From Chrysomallon squamiferum (lineage: Eukaryota > Animalia > Mollusca): DNA of 64,000 bases. The first letter of the stretch is position 1; each line of letters starts with the position of its first letter. Both the position numbers and the translations under genes were made by a program. Location of the stretch: positions 62,001-126,000 of the forward strand of contig CM022679.1 in assembly GCA_012295275.1 (NCBI GenBank), in the 5' to 3' direction. The notes under the pieces were generated by a model. That model searched no databases. It worked only from the letters and a program-made list of their open reading frames with translations, and was not told where the DNA came from. Shown one piece after another: positions 13,601 to 26,267 of the stretch.

Positions 13601-16600
13601 GACCATGGGCTAACTGAACACACTTGTTACTGTCAACAACAACAGCACCACAGATTTCTTCATTAACAGTTGTCATGGTAACAGAATGTGAGGTAGATGA
13701 AGAGTTAGATATCACAGACTCCTGACTAGATGTAACATTATCACTTTCCTCTTTAATGTCCGAATACACAGAACAATAACCAGAGGAATCAGAAACTGTG
13801 GGAGATAATTCATCTTTACTTTTAGAGTTGTCCCCCTTACTGATACTCCTCTCCTTATAGTCTGTGATATCACCTGTACTCTCAGAGTTCTCGTTCTTGC
13901 TTTTAGAGTTAACATCCTTACACTGCAAAATACTCCTCTTCAACAAGTCTTTGTGAGAAGAGTTGGAAGAAGAATTAATGAAATCTTTGTTATGATGAAA
14001 ATGTAGGCTTGTGTTCTGACTTGAAGAATTAGTTTTATTATCACAGCTGGAATCAGACGTCTGTGATTTAAAAAACATTCTGATAGAAGACTCTGTCCTT
14101 GCTGGCAGACTGTGACGCTTTGATAAACTTCCTCTCTCTGAAAAACATTTACAAAACACTACTTTTTAACTCATACAAAATTTGTAAGAGAAGGTTTTAA
14201 AACCATGTAGATTATTTAATAATTTAAACCAGATTTTTTGAAGATTATTTTAATAAACATCTACTTTAACATAAGTTTTGTTAAATTAAAATCAGACTAT
14301 CTGATTAAATAATCTGTATCTTTGTTTTTTGGATATAACATAAATAATAATCTAAGTTTTCATTCAGAATATTTAACATTTCATAAAGTAATGAAATTTG
14401 AAAGACAGATAAAAAAAACATGTTCTTACCTTTACAACTTTCTGTGCTGTTTGTAAAATCTTCTTTGGCAAATGCACTTGAGTATGACCTCTTTAATCTG
14501 GACAACACACTGCTACTTGACATCTGCAACAACAACATCATAAACACAAATCATCTCTAATATCTTCAAGGTATCACTACTGCGTGTCACAGCAAACTAT
14601 TTTTGTATTTACAAATTCTCTCAAATAAGTTTGAAAACTGTCACTATAATAATTTTACATATTACAAAATAATAGCTTTTTGATTTTTGTTTCACTTGAT
14701 GAGTTTGTGTTATTATTACTGTTACAAACTGTAAACTGTTGAATGCTGAACATACAAATAACTAATATTATTAACATATAGATATTATTATTATTATTTA
14801 GTTTGTACTATTATTACTGTTACAAACAGTAAACTGTTGAATGCTGAACATACAAATAACTAATATTATTAACATATAGATATTATTATTATTATTTAAT
14901 TTGTACTATTATTATTGTTACTAACTGTAAACTGTTGAATGGTGAACATATAGATAACTATTAACATACAGATATTATTATTAATGAGTTTGTACTATTA
15001 TTATTGTTACTAACTCTAAACTGTTTAAAGTTTGATTTAACTGATTACCTTTGTATCATGTTCTGAGTTACTCTGAGTTGTCTGTCTAGAAAACAAAATT
15101 AAAGTTTTGTCATAAAGAGTTTCAAAAAGAGAAATAAAATTGTTAATTGATTTCTGGTTGATATGGTAACAGCCATTACCTACTGACTGTACTTACTTAT
15201 TTAATACATCATTTTATATTAGTTATTTATTTTTATGGAAAGGTTGTATTTATACATGCATGCATACCAATTTAGGTAATTTATAGAAATTAATGAGATA
15301 TGTCAATTAAGTAATACCTATTAATGTCATAAACATTTCTGACACTTAAACTAGACTATTGAGTACATTCTATTTATATTTCATATAATTTATTTCCTAT
15401 TAATAACTAATTAAATGTTTGTGTCAGTTAACAACATCTAGTACCACCAACAAGACTACAAAATACATACAGATGACTTTCTTGAGTATTCAACTCAAAT
15501 GTCCTTCCTAAAATAAAACAGATAATATATTTAACTACTTTGTTTGAGAAAGTTATCAGTAGTTATATAATTCAATGACACAGATTCTATAAGAAAAATC
15601 TGCAAATTAACAGTTATTATAATATATATATATTTGTAATTCTTAATTCAGTCATGTTTCTTATTATAATAAAAATATATTCTATACATTTAATATCAAA
15701 TGTATTGCATACAAACAATAACTTAGTGATAATATTTAATTGATAATAAATTTATTCTTACCTGTGTCTACTTGATTAACTCGCAGACTTGAAGTAGTAG
15801 GTTCATACAAGGCGATCAGAGAAGACTGTAAATAATTTTAAACCAGCCAATCAGAATAGAGCATCTTACTTAACAGTGAAAGTTTATTTTTGTTTAGGTC
15901 CCCAGAGACATTATTGTCCAAATACTGTTATAACATTTATTATTGTTTATTATTATTATTATTATTCAACAAAAAGTAATGATTTTAGTAAGATATATTT
16001 CTGAAGATTTGCCACATTTAAAAAAAATAAACCTAGAAATAAGAAGCAAACCAAAACATCACAAAGTATGGTCAGATTGCTTTTTCATTAATCATTTTAT
16101 CTGTCCAGTTTTTTTTTTTTTAAAGTTCTGTGAACTGTTTTCAATGATATAATTGGCTATCCATACCACTAATAACATTAATAATAAAACTGTGAAAAAA
16201 TAGTCATTAATAAAAGATAAATAAACATAATAACTTAATAACCTTTATAGTTGCCAGTAAGAGTTTTTCCTCCTGCATGAAGATTTGTCTTTTGTCCGGA
16301 GTAACATTTACATCAACAGATTCTGAAACAAATCACAAAACAATTTTCACTAAGACTTGTTTGTTTTTCTCTGTCATCTAAAATTAGCTTAATGACACAA
16401 TTAAATATTAAGTTTTTATCATTCACTTCCATTTTTCTTATTAGCAAAAAAATCATCTTTTATAGGAAATTTTCTTTGATAGAGTCATTCACAACCTCAC
16501 AAAAACCCAACAAAGATATAATGTATTTCCTAAAACCATGATAAAACATTTAAATTTTCATTTGCCTAATGAAGTTAAATGTATGGGTAACAAAAAATAA

Positions 16601-19600
16601 TTGTTTGTTTTTTGTTTTTTTAATTAAAATAAAACCAAACCAGGTTTAGAAATTTAAAAAAAGGAAAAAAAAAAGAAAGAAAACAAAAGTGTAAAATGTA
16701 AATAATAACAATAAATGTACCCTTTGCCATGGAAATGTGAAGGACAACAAAAGGATGCTGATGTCTGTTGTAAGTGTGATACACTTCGTTTATCAGTCTC
16801 AGAATCTGTAAAATAAACAAAAACTGTCACTTAAACATGTCCACTGTTTATCAAGTACGTTGTAAACAACTGCAGTACAGCAACTTTACCTTGGAAGAGT
16901 CACATGGCCTCTTGTTTACAAACACAAACTGCCGGTCTGTGCTGCCCCGTCCCTGACCATGTTCACACTTTGACACAAAGCCCTCAATTCTGAAACAACA
17001 CAAATACAGCTTTATACATGAAATAAACACACAAAGTCTAACAAAGCCCTCAATTCTGAAACAACACAAATACAGCTTTATACATGAAATAAACACGCAA
17101 AGTCTAACAAAGCCCTCAATTCTGAAACAACACAAATACAGCTTTATACATGAAATAAAACACACAAACTATAATCACTCTGAAGATACAAGTCTTACAA
17201 GTATCATTTATTAATCTATACACATAATAATAATAATGAATAATAAAGTTAAATTAAATCATGCAGAATGAATATATGAAAACCATACAGTTGCATATTT
17301 TATCACAACCTTTGTAAGTATTTTCACTATTACCATTTTCTTACTGACAGCCAAAAAAAAAAAAGAAAGAAAGAAGAAATATCAGGACCTTGCTCTCATC
17401 ACTTGATTTGATGTAACAATACAAAGATCTGATATTACTTTACCACACACAGACACACAAAATGCACACAGATATACACACATTCACACAAAAAGATGCA
17501 TGCACAGAAAGACAAACACAGATATCCACACAAAGATGCACACATATATACGCAGACACACACTATGTAGTATCTTACACAAATGGTGACTGTTGACTGT
17601 TGCTAGGCGACACATCAAACCAGGAACACACATCTTCTGTTGGCTCAGTCTGTTTAAACTCTAACACACTCTGAAGTTGTTTTGGTCCGAAGATGTTGGC
17701 AATATTCTCTTTGATTGTCCAATTTCCTTTAGTGGACACTACAACTGACCGACTTCTGTGATAATAAACATTTAAAATTTAATTTGCAATCTTATTAAAC
17801 TTATACAACATCGTTGTTACTGTTGACTTTATTTTAATTATAATAATAATTAATAAAAAAAACAAAATTTAAAAAAGAGTAAAAACTATAACATTATCAG
17901 TAATAAGAGGTGACAAAGTTAATAATAAATTAGGTATGACAGTATTTATTATTAAGATAATTAAATTAATTATTAACATTCACGCATCTTCCCATTAGTT
18001 AGTACTGCTCAAGAGATACATCTAGCTATGACTTACATGTTTGCAGAATTAATTATTAGAACTCCTAAAAGGGATCTAAACACTTGTAAAAACCAGACAC
18101 AAGTTACTCACCCTTTGCCCACCTGGTTGGTGCAGGTGATGCGAACACCTGTGGTAATGAGGCAGTATGCATTCAAAATGTGAACCATCTTAGAAAACTC
18201 TTTTTTAAGATTGCGGTGAAATTCTTTGTGTCTCACAGGTAAAGTGTAGAACAGATTCTGAAGAGTAACTGTTGTACCTGTCTGAACAAGTGAAAGAAAA
18301 ACAAATAAAGCATGAATCAAGTAAAATTATTTAAAACATCTATAAAATAACATTAAAAACCAAACAGTATATATGTATTTATATTTTTTCTTTTTGAATG
18401 ATCAGTTACTTCTTGGGTAATTTAAATACAAAATTTTGAAAATTTATCTTGAATAGTGCTGATGGGTGGCAAAAACCTTTTTTTTTTTTTTTTAAATAAA
18501 TGATCTGTTGAAGAATCATTTCTTACTTGTCTTGGGAAATGGACCTTGTTAGTGATAGTTCCGTGCTGGTTAAATTCTAACTTTGTTCCGACTGATGCAG
18601 ATTTGTGACATGTAATCACTGACATGTTACTGAAATTTTAACATTTCACATCAAGTACATTTATTACAACTGTTCTTAATGAAAATATTGAACAAAATAC
18701 TAAAATAACAAACCAGAATATTTAAGTAAAATAAATGAAAAACTTCTCGTAAAAACAGAGGTAGACAGAAAAATCTAAAGGAATTAAAAACATCTCACAA
18801 AAAAAATCCTTAGATAAAAACAGTTTAAATAAAATGAATACCTGAGTTTTGATTAACCTAGATTTTTTTTATTCTGAGCTAATAACATCAGTTAAAACAA
18901 ATATAACTAAGATGTAAATATAACTCCCTTGCATTTAAGATTTAATTAAATCATATTTTTATAGTGTTGTGTTAAATCCAGATTAATTCTCATGCTCACA
19001 AGCATGAACGAATTGAGTGAAGATTCAGTGAGTGTCAGTTTTAAAGTCTGGGTATGTTGTTGTTCTACCTGAGAGCACACAGAGAAGAGAGAGCCTCTCC
19101 CCGGAAGCCAAACGTCTCAACTGTGACAACATCACAGAAGTCAGAAATCTTTGACGTGTGATGCTTCATAGCTGAAATCAAACTTCACACTTTGAAACAT
19201 TAAATTAAAACACATATATCTTTTGTTTAATATATGAGCACTCAAGCTGATAGTAAACTATAGTGAAAGTTTTGTTTTTACTTCTGGTAATCTAAATACA
19301 CTAAAACATGCATAACAATACTTTTTAAAACATGAGTGAAAACTAACATTTTTAAACATTCAAATTATAATAATTAATAGCAAAATGTGTACTAGAATTG
19401 CATGTGTGTATTTAATGTACAAAGAAAAATATAAATTTAAAAAAATAAAAATAAACATAGAATGCATGTGCTAAACATACACACATACTGAACAAATGTA
19501 AACTGAGTGTTAGTGAAATTCTGTAAAAATAGTTTTAACTCACTGAGTCCTTCGTAGTTCTTTTCTTCCACTCCACTGCCATTATCACTGACTTCAACAG

Positions 19601-20404
19601 ACTCACTGCCATACTCCTTCAGCTTTATATCTACAAACATACATACAGACAGATCTAGATATTACAGCATTTATTTTAACAATAATTTTAAAAACTGAAA
19701 TAAAACAAACTTATCTCCATCAAAAACAGGTTTCAAATACTCAAAAAACAGAGAAAAAAAAATATAATAAAAAACAGTTGTAATAAAACAAATGAAATAA
19801 GGTGCTTTAGTAAATTTTATAATTCTCTTTTACAACAAAATAATATTTGTTATAAATATTATCACACTGTCATTCAAAAAAATATCCCATATCTCTTCCT
19901 AAAATAAAACATGAAAAACTGGAAAATTATCAGTGACAATCAGCTATCAAAAATAAAATAATTTCTATAATTAAACTCGAGTAATAAATGTGAAGTTTAT
20001 ACAATTTTTTCAACATAATAAGTTTTATTATAAATTTATCAGTTATCAAAATAAAAATTTATTTTTTCAAAACCAGGTGTCACAGAAACACTTTCTGATC
20101 TGCAGCAGATGTACAACTTTAACATATCTGTATTCAATAAACACAAAACAAATTTCTTCAACAAAATATGCAAAACATACATTTATTGACATTTTACAAA
20201 TCAACATGTTGTGTGTGTGCATGTCCATATTTTTAACTACTGTGATTACAAACCAACAGATGTTGCGCCTGCATCGATGCTGTTTTCTACAAGTTCTTTC
20301 ACTGCCGTGGCTAACGTCAGAACAACCTGTCCAGAACATATTCGATGAACAGATGTTTTGTCTATAGCCTGAATGCTCAATGGCTCCAGCTGGTTTCCTT
20401 CCAT
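7633..20404 (-). CDS. PMS2: Mismatch repair endonuclease PMS2 (MutL family)
   Basis: 24 coding exons on the minus strand, all GT-AG and phase-compatible: 20404-20254, 19630-19544, 19171-19069, 18629-18527, 18281-18112, 17755-17579, 16989-16890, 16805-16721, 16322-16243, 15825-15762, 15507-15471, 15085-15049, 14523-14430, 14137-13521, 13307-13226, 12997-12898, 12365-12329, 10265-10135, 9523-9423, 8966-8898, 8651-8614, 8318-8214, 8044-8009, 7695-7633. Sum 2667 nt = 888 aa + stop. GHKL ATPase motifs: [52 protein letters not shown]. Also [12 protein letters not shown], endonuclease motif [27 protein letters not shown] and [12 protein letters not shown]. Confidence 0.97.
7703..7871. repeat. 54-bp minisatellite x3 in the last PMS2 intron, abutting the 3' splice site
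   Basis: Unit aaaacaaattaaaaatactgacacatgttctgatcttaaatatagtaaataaat starts at 7703, 7757 and 7811, with a partial copy at 7865. Confidence 0.92.
9881..10170. repeat. 54-bp minisatellite spanning a PMS2 exon end and 5' splice site
   Basis: Unit gtaccagataagtttctgactgtggagagtggtgtgttgtaaagggaaataact at 9970, 10024, 10078 (53 bp) and 10131 (partial; the real exon end). Degenerate copies lie near 9881 and 9921. Confidence 0.93.
10322..12203 (+). mobile_element. Decayed hAT-superfamily DNA transposon (ZNF862-like transposase) in a PMS2 intron, antisense to the host gene
   Basis: Imperfect terminal inverted repeats caggcatcaaga (10322) and tttcgatgcctc (ends 12203), with inverted subterminal ggttacca/tggtaacc motifs. 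Broken reading frames give [15 protein letters not shown], an ADGTNVNL segment, HRIE..AVKDAF, KASGA*FQ and the hATC-like [29 protein letters not shown]...[19 protein letters not shown]. No clean 8-bp target-site duplication is visible. Confidence 0.82.
10598..11975 (+). pseudogene. Frameshifted, stop-containing hAT transposase remnant
   Basis: ORF-track fragments 10702-10896, 11320-11511, 11429-11686 and 11676-11975 are collinear pieces of one transposase in shifting frames. There is an in-frame TGA at 11149-11151. The start is approximate. Confidence 0.78.
14698..15025. repeat. ~98-bp tandem repeat x3.3 in a PMS2 intron next to a 5' splice site
   Basis: Unit beginning tattattactgttacaaactgtaaactgttgaatgctgaacatac recurs at 14711, 14809, 14907 and 14996 (partial). 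Confidence 0.88.
16975..17168. repeat. 66-bp tandem repeat x3 spanning a PMS2 3' splice site and exon start
   Basis: Unit acaaagccctcaattctgaaacaacacaaatacagctttatacatgaaataaacacacaaagtcta at 16975, 17041 and 17107; the copies are nearly identical. Confidence 0.95.
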
Positions 20405-20427
20405 CCTTCACTGATTAATTATCTATA

Positions 20428-20463
<36 letters not shown>

Positions 20464-20762
20464 TAATAATAATAATAATAATAATAATTTTAATAACAGA
20501 CTGAATGTTCTTACTGTATTTATTTATGAATCTCTTTGAAACAGCGTTGATTCTATTTAGCAATATTTAATATTATAATTATCGTTAAAATAATTACATC
20601 TTAAAAGCATAATAAAGTCGAAACAGTTAAAACTTTAAATGACAACACAACAATGTCGCTGCAATTATAACTTCCCAGGGTTTCTTGTTGTTGTTGTTTT
20701 AATTTAATAATTGTTGACAAATTTAATAAACATGTATTTATATCTACAAAATAATGAAATTA

Positions 20763-20774
20763 TTTCCCGCCAAA
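20763..20774. promoter_or_regulatory. Candidate E2F site in the PMS2 promoter region
   Basis: TTTCCCGCCAAA lies ~360 bp upstream of the PMS2 ATG, with further TTTCGCG cores near 21170 and 21230. E2F sites are typical of DNA replication and repair promoters. Confidence 0.5.
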
Positions 20775-21702
20775 GTAATAAATTTAGATCGGTCGTACTG
20801 CTGCTTATACTGTCAGACAATGGCATCTTCTTCTCTTATTTTTGTGTTGTTTATAATCTACAAGAAATAATTTTAAATGCTTCTACGAAAATAATATCCT
20901 GTAAGTCCAAAATCTTACCAATCTTACTGATATGATGAAGATACAAAATTAAATATCATTTAAAGAAAATTAGAGTTATTTCCCTTGAAGTTGTCTGTCA
21001 ACAACAGACGATACCAATGAAAAGTATTATAAAATAGGCTAAATTAAATATGGCTCAGATGTCAACCGTGCTGGTCAGATCCATTATATTTATGTGAAAT
21101 TACAATTCAGATATACGGAATACTATAGACTGTGTCAACATTTAACATATATATTTACGATGCGTTACATTTCGCGATTGTTTACATTATTTCGCTATTA
21201 AAGTCGGTAACAGAATTATTGAATACAAATTTCGCGTTTTATTTTATTACTACTAATAATACATCATAGATTATTTGATGTAATGTATGTTTATGTGTGT
21301 GTTTATTTGATAAGGAGATGGGTGAAGACCCTTCTACTAATTTTGTTAAATGTTTATCAATGCTGGTAATCAAAACAACCCTGTTATAGTGGCAAAATGA
21401 GAGTTGTTTCCCTTGTAACGAACACGCCTTGATAAATAGATAAACTATAACGGTCTATGCAGTTATTTATTTTCCGTTTTAATTAATTAATTTAATTATT
21501 TATTTTTATTTGGTTGTCGTTGTTCTCATTCTTGTTTATATTGTTGTTTTCTGTCATCTTACTTAAGGTCTTTTAGTAATCAAAATGATGACACAATATC
21601 TTAATAAAACGCATGAAAATATAAACTAATTAGTAACAATTCTTATTTAATAATAAAAATAATAAGTATTATAATAATAAGAAGAAGGAGAAGAAGAAGA
21701 AG

Positions 21703-21750
<48 letters not shown>

Positions 21751-22246
21751 AATAACTGAACATAGAATAATTTTATTTCAGTTGAACTGTCTTTACTGTT
21801 ATACCAAAAAATCTTTTGAAATCTTGTTCATTATGATCATCATTACCATAATCATCAATAAGATCATTATTATTTTGGTAGTGGTAGTAATTGTATTATT
21901 TGTAATATTATTATTATATTTGTTGTTGCTGCTGTTGTTATCGGTGTTACTGCAGCTGCTGCAGATGCTGATCACACTGATGATGTAGTTGCTAATTTGT
22001 TGTTTAGTTTGTGTCTTCTGAAAACACTATCCGAGTTCAGTCTAGGGTCAAGGCAACAATTTTAATATTGAAATTTTATTATTAATTCAGTTAAAAGTTC
22101 AGGTTAACCTATATGTATTATAAACATTGATTTTATTCTGCATACTTCAGCGATTTCTTGTTACGAAGCCCAGGTTTGCGTGCTTCCATTGGTCAGCCAT
22201 GTTGGTTTGACGTAATAGGCACTTTCAGCTGTTACTGTTTACCAAG

Positions 22247-22600
22247 TAACACATATACTGTGTTCCATTCAGAACGCAAACAGTTCAATAACAAACTGTG
22301 TTTATTTAACACGTATACTGTGTTCCATTCAGAACGCAAACAGTTCAATAACAAAGTTAACACGTATACTGTGTTCCATTCAGAACGCAAACAGTTCAAT
22401 AACAAACTGTTTATTTAACACGTATATTGTGTTTATTTAACACGTATACTGTGTTCCATTCAGAACGCAAACAGTTCAATAACAAACTGTTTATTTAACG
22501 TATATTGTGTTTATTTAAACGTATACTGTGTTCCATTCAGAAAGCAAACAGTTCAATAACAAACTCTTTATCTAACACCTATACTGTGTTCCACTCAGAA
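22247..22600. repeat. ~60-bp minisatellite (about 6 full copies plus partials)
   Basis: Unit taacacgtatactgtgttccattcagaacgcaaacagttcaataacaaactgtgtttatt, with length-variant copies. Confidence 0.92.
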
Positions 22601-24339
22601 CTTTTCAAATTCATCATCATCACCATTATCATCATCATCATTATTATCATTATTATTTGTGTAGTTACAGTTCGGTTATTTTCAATTTACCGATTATGAT
22701 ATTTTTCGAAACAGTTCTCTGTTTTTAACATACAACAATTCGTGCTGCTAATGCTAAAGACGGTTACAAATGTTCAACTACTACTTTTACTAATTCTGCT
22801 GTTACTACTACTCATACCACTACTGCTGTTTATGGTACTACTAAAACCATTCGTACAACGATGTAGACGATTAGTTTTACTATTAATTTTTAAATAAGCG
22901 CTGTTACTGTTTTCTCAGCGTCTGCTCTGTTGAGGCTAGTGACAAATATCCTCACAATATTTATTGAAACCTCTTCTGAAGATAAACTACACAAGACTTG
23001 TTTGTCAATGTAAGCAGTAATTCGCGGAAATATTCTAAGTTCATGTTTGAACAATGACAACGTACGTACTGGAAATTCTTTCCACACTAGCGCTGCACGT
23101 GCAATGTTTCTGAAGTCACGTTCCTGGTTAGACCATGAACGCAAACAAATTGGTGTGGTAGGTAAACAGTTTAATCGTCGAAGCCAGTGAAGGACAAACA
23201 ATGAGCCGAGTGCACCTTGCAACAGTTTAACTGTTAATATTGGTTTTGTCTGTAGGACGCAAACTCCATTAACTCTCCACTCTGATTGGAGGAAACGTCA
23301 TCAACTCTCCCAGCATGCATTCCCGTCGGCCATTCACTGACTGATTCGAATCTGTGAACAAACACACGTTGTGTTGCACTTGGCAGATGAAACCGAGGCG
23401 GGACGCACGTTGTTTGTAGTCTAATTTTGTAGATGTGGCCAACACGTGGCTTACATCTATTCCCTCTTTACCTGTCTTTTAAACTGTTTTGGTTTATCTC
23501 TGGCTTATACAGAAATACAAGCGTTTATCTAAAAACAGGTGATCACATTTTACGAGTGAATAACGACTGAACTCATGTCTCCTACAAACAACAAAATCAG
23601 TGCATAACAGCAAAAATATATTATAAATAAATTTTAACAAAACAAAATAATAAATAAATAAATAAACAAACAAACAGATAAATAAATAAAAAGATAAATA
23701 AATAAATAAATAAATAAATATTAATTTTAAAAGTTTGTTTTGACATTGATCGCCTGTAACACACGCTGTAGTCTGAATACTGATATGTGTCTGTATGTTG
23801 TTAGTGATAAATACATGGAACTCTCATCAACAAAATAAACACAAAGAAAAATGTTTAATAAACTACACAAAAAAATTAGACAAAATTTCTAAAACAAATT
23901 ACAAACTGAACAATGTGGAAATGTGTAAGAATTAAGGTGGATTTTAATTATGATGGCTGTTACTTTACAAATTAAATCATGTTTTGATTATGAAGGAAAA
24001 AACAACAACAACAAAAAAAAAAAAAAAAAAAAAAAAAAACAGCCATAAAAACAATGTTAGCGTCGTGTTTTACAACCACTGGTGTATCTGTGATTTGAAA
24101 CAAATACTGTGACCAGCAAGCAGCTAGTTCTTTCTGAAACATCTACACTCACTTGCACACAACATATAAACACGCTAAATGTTCACCACACCAGCAGCTG
24201 TTACAGCAACAACAGCAACTGCAAACTCGACGTCAGCAGAACAGCATGCAAGATTAAATGCCCAGCAGAAAATTTGGAGTTCATGTTAATCTCAGCGAGA
24301 GATAATCTTACTAATCTGGTTGTTGCTGGAAATAAACTG

Positions 24340-24495
24340 TAATACAAAACACAACACAACACAGTACTGTACAATACAATACAATACAACACAACACAGT
24401 ACCATACGATACAATACAATACAATACAATACAATACAATACAACACAATACAGTGCAGTACAGTACAGTAGAGTACATTACATTACAGTACAGA
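24340..24495. repeat. Degenerate pentanucleotide microsatellite (TACAA/TACAG)n
   Basis: Run of tacaa/cacaa/tacag units; source of the LYCIV pseudo-ORF. Confidence 0.85.
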
Positions 24496-26267
24496 AAGAT
24501 AAATAAATAATCAAAACATCTAATAAATAATATACATGTAAATAAATAAGCTTACGATGAAAAATCTGAAAAAAACCTGAATACAGACTGTATCATACAA
24601 ACGATAATGAAATACTGAAATAAAAACTAATTACACGCATAAATATAAAATTTTAATATTGATTATAATTTATTCGCTGATAAATGTTTTTAATTTACAG
24701 TTATGTCATTTCAGATAAAAACTTTCAACAAATTTATTTAGAAACACGATATTTTAAAATAAATGGCAACCTGATATGAGTTTGAATGGTTCTATTTATT
24801 TGTTTCTCAGTATTTAAAATATTTAGACTTTGGTTCACAGAGAGATAATATTCGTTTCATCTCATTCGAGATCGATATTTCTGACGTCTTTGATTATTTT
24901 TATTTTTTATTTATACATTTTTTTTTCTCGCCGCAGTTTTAAAATGTTTTACGTCAGAAAATAATTTATTATGAAGAGTTTTTATTTTTATTTCACAGTG
25001 GTCCGTTCTCAAAAAAAAAAAAAAAAAAAAAAGAGAAGGAAAAAACGAAAGAAAACCCGGTTCTTATATTAAAATAAATTTTTATTTCTGTTGCTTGATG
25101 GCTAGAATGCAGGTCTGCTTGTGATATTCCTCAGTGTTTTACGTCTGGTTTATTGTGTATGTGCTGAGCTATCTGTAGGAAGGTACATATTAAAAATAAA
25201 TGACCGCTAACAGATAATTCTAAACTATGTATTTAAATAAGATGAGACGCGGGTGAAACATAAAATCAGATTATAAAATGAATAATAATACTTGGCTGGT
25301 TGTATTCGCTCATCTTAAAAAACGTTTCATTTTGAATATCAAATTTTCAACAGTAGCCATCTAACACACATCTGAAAACTACCTGTGAACAGCACTGCAA
25401 CCACATCTACTACTACAGCGTGAGTTATTATTGTTGTTATAGCCAATGCAGAGACATCAGGTACTGCTGCTTCGTCTACAGCATCTTTCCCAACAACACA
25501 CCTTTATCTCTGTTGTTAATGTTACTACCACATGACCAGTTTAGTGTTACAGATAGTACAGGTATTACAGGTATAGTACCCGTATTAGTGATAGTACAGG
25601 TATATTACAGGTATTACAGGTATCACATGTATTATGGATATTACAGATATTTTACGTTTTACAAGGTATTACAGATATTATAGGTAAATGTGACTTATAT
25701 ACAGGAAATAATTACATTGGTTTACTGTAATAGAAATACTAAAGACAAATATTGTGTGTTTGAACGAACTGGCGTAAATCAGGACACAGTAAGACAGTGT
25801 TGGATGCAGAGCAGCGTGTCAGGAACGTTTGTAAGGTCGAGAAAAACGTCTACAGAATTAGTTGAGTGTAGGCTCGTACAAGGAAGCAGTCATGTGACCT
25901 ATCAGTATCAACACCACGGTTAATTAGTGAGTTGTGTGTTATCTCTCTCGGTATTACATAATAAACTGTAGGAAAACTCGGAGTGCTGCCGTTTCTAGAA
26001 AGAAAACAGATAATAAAATAAACAAAAACCCACGTTCAAGACATTTCCACTGTGTAAATCTTGTAAATGTCAGTCGTCGATTTTTGACTCTCCCAGCACG
26101 TGAGTAACGTGTGACATACTTTACATATGTGACAGTATTAAACAAAACTGTTTTTCTGTTCACACACCGTGCTAACAAGTAAAAAAATCATTTTGAAAGT
26201 TTTCCACGTGTATTTCCTGATGTTTTTTGTGTTTTGTTTGAACTTCATTGATCCGTCCTTCCATCTC

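Noticed and set aside
13416-14159. 247-aa Ser-rich ORF as a separate gene
   Set aside because: It is the 617-nt PMS2 linker exon (14137-13521) plus intronic read-through.
22247-22600. CRISPR-like appearance of regular arrays (also 26268-27080 and 37228-37782)
   Set aside because: The units repeat head-to-tail without unique spacers, there are no cas genes, and the context is eukaryotic.
22890-23222. 110-aa minus-strand ORF in a CpG-rich island
   Set aside because: Non-ATG start, no recognisable homology and no convincing exon borders; more likely regulatory DNA.
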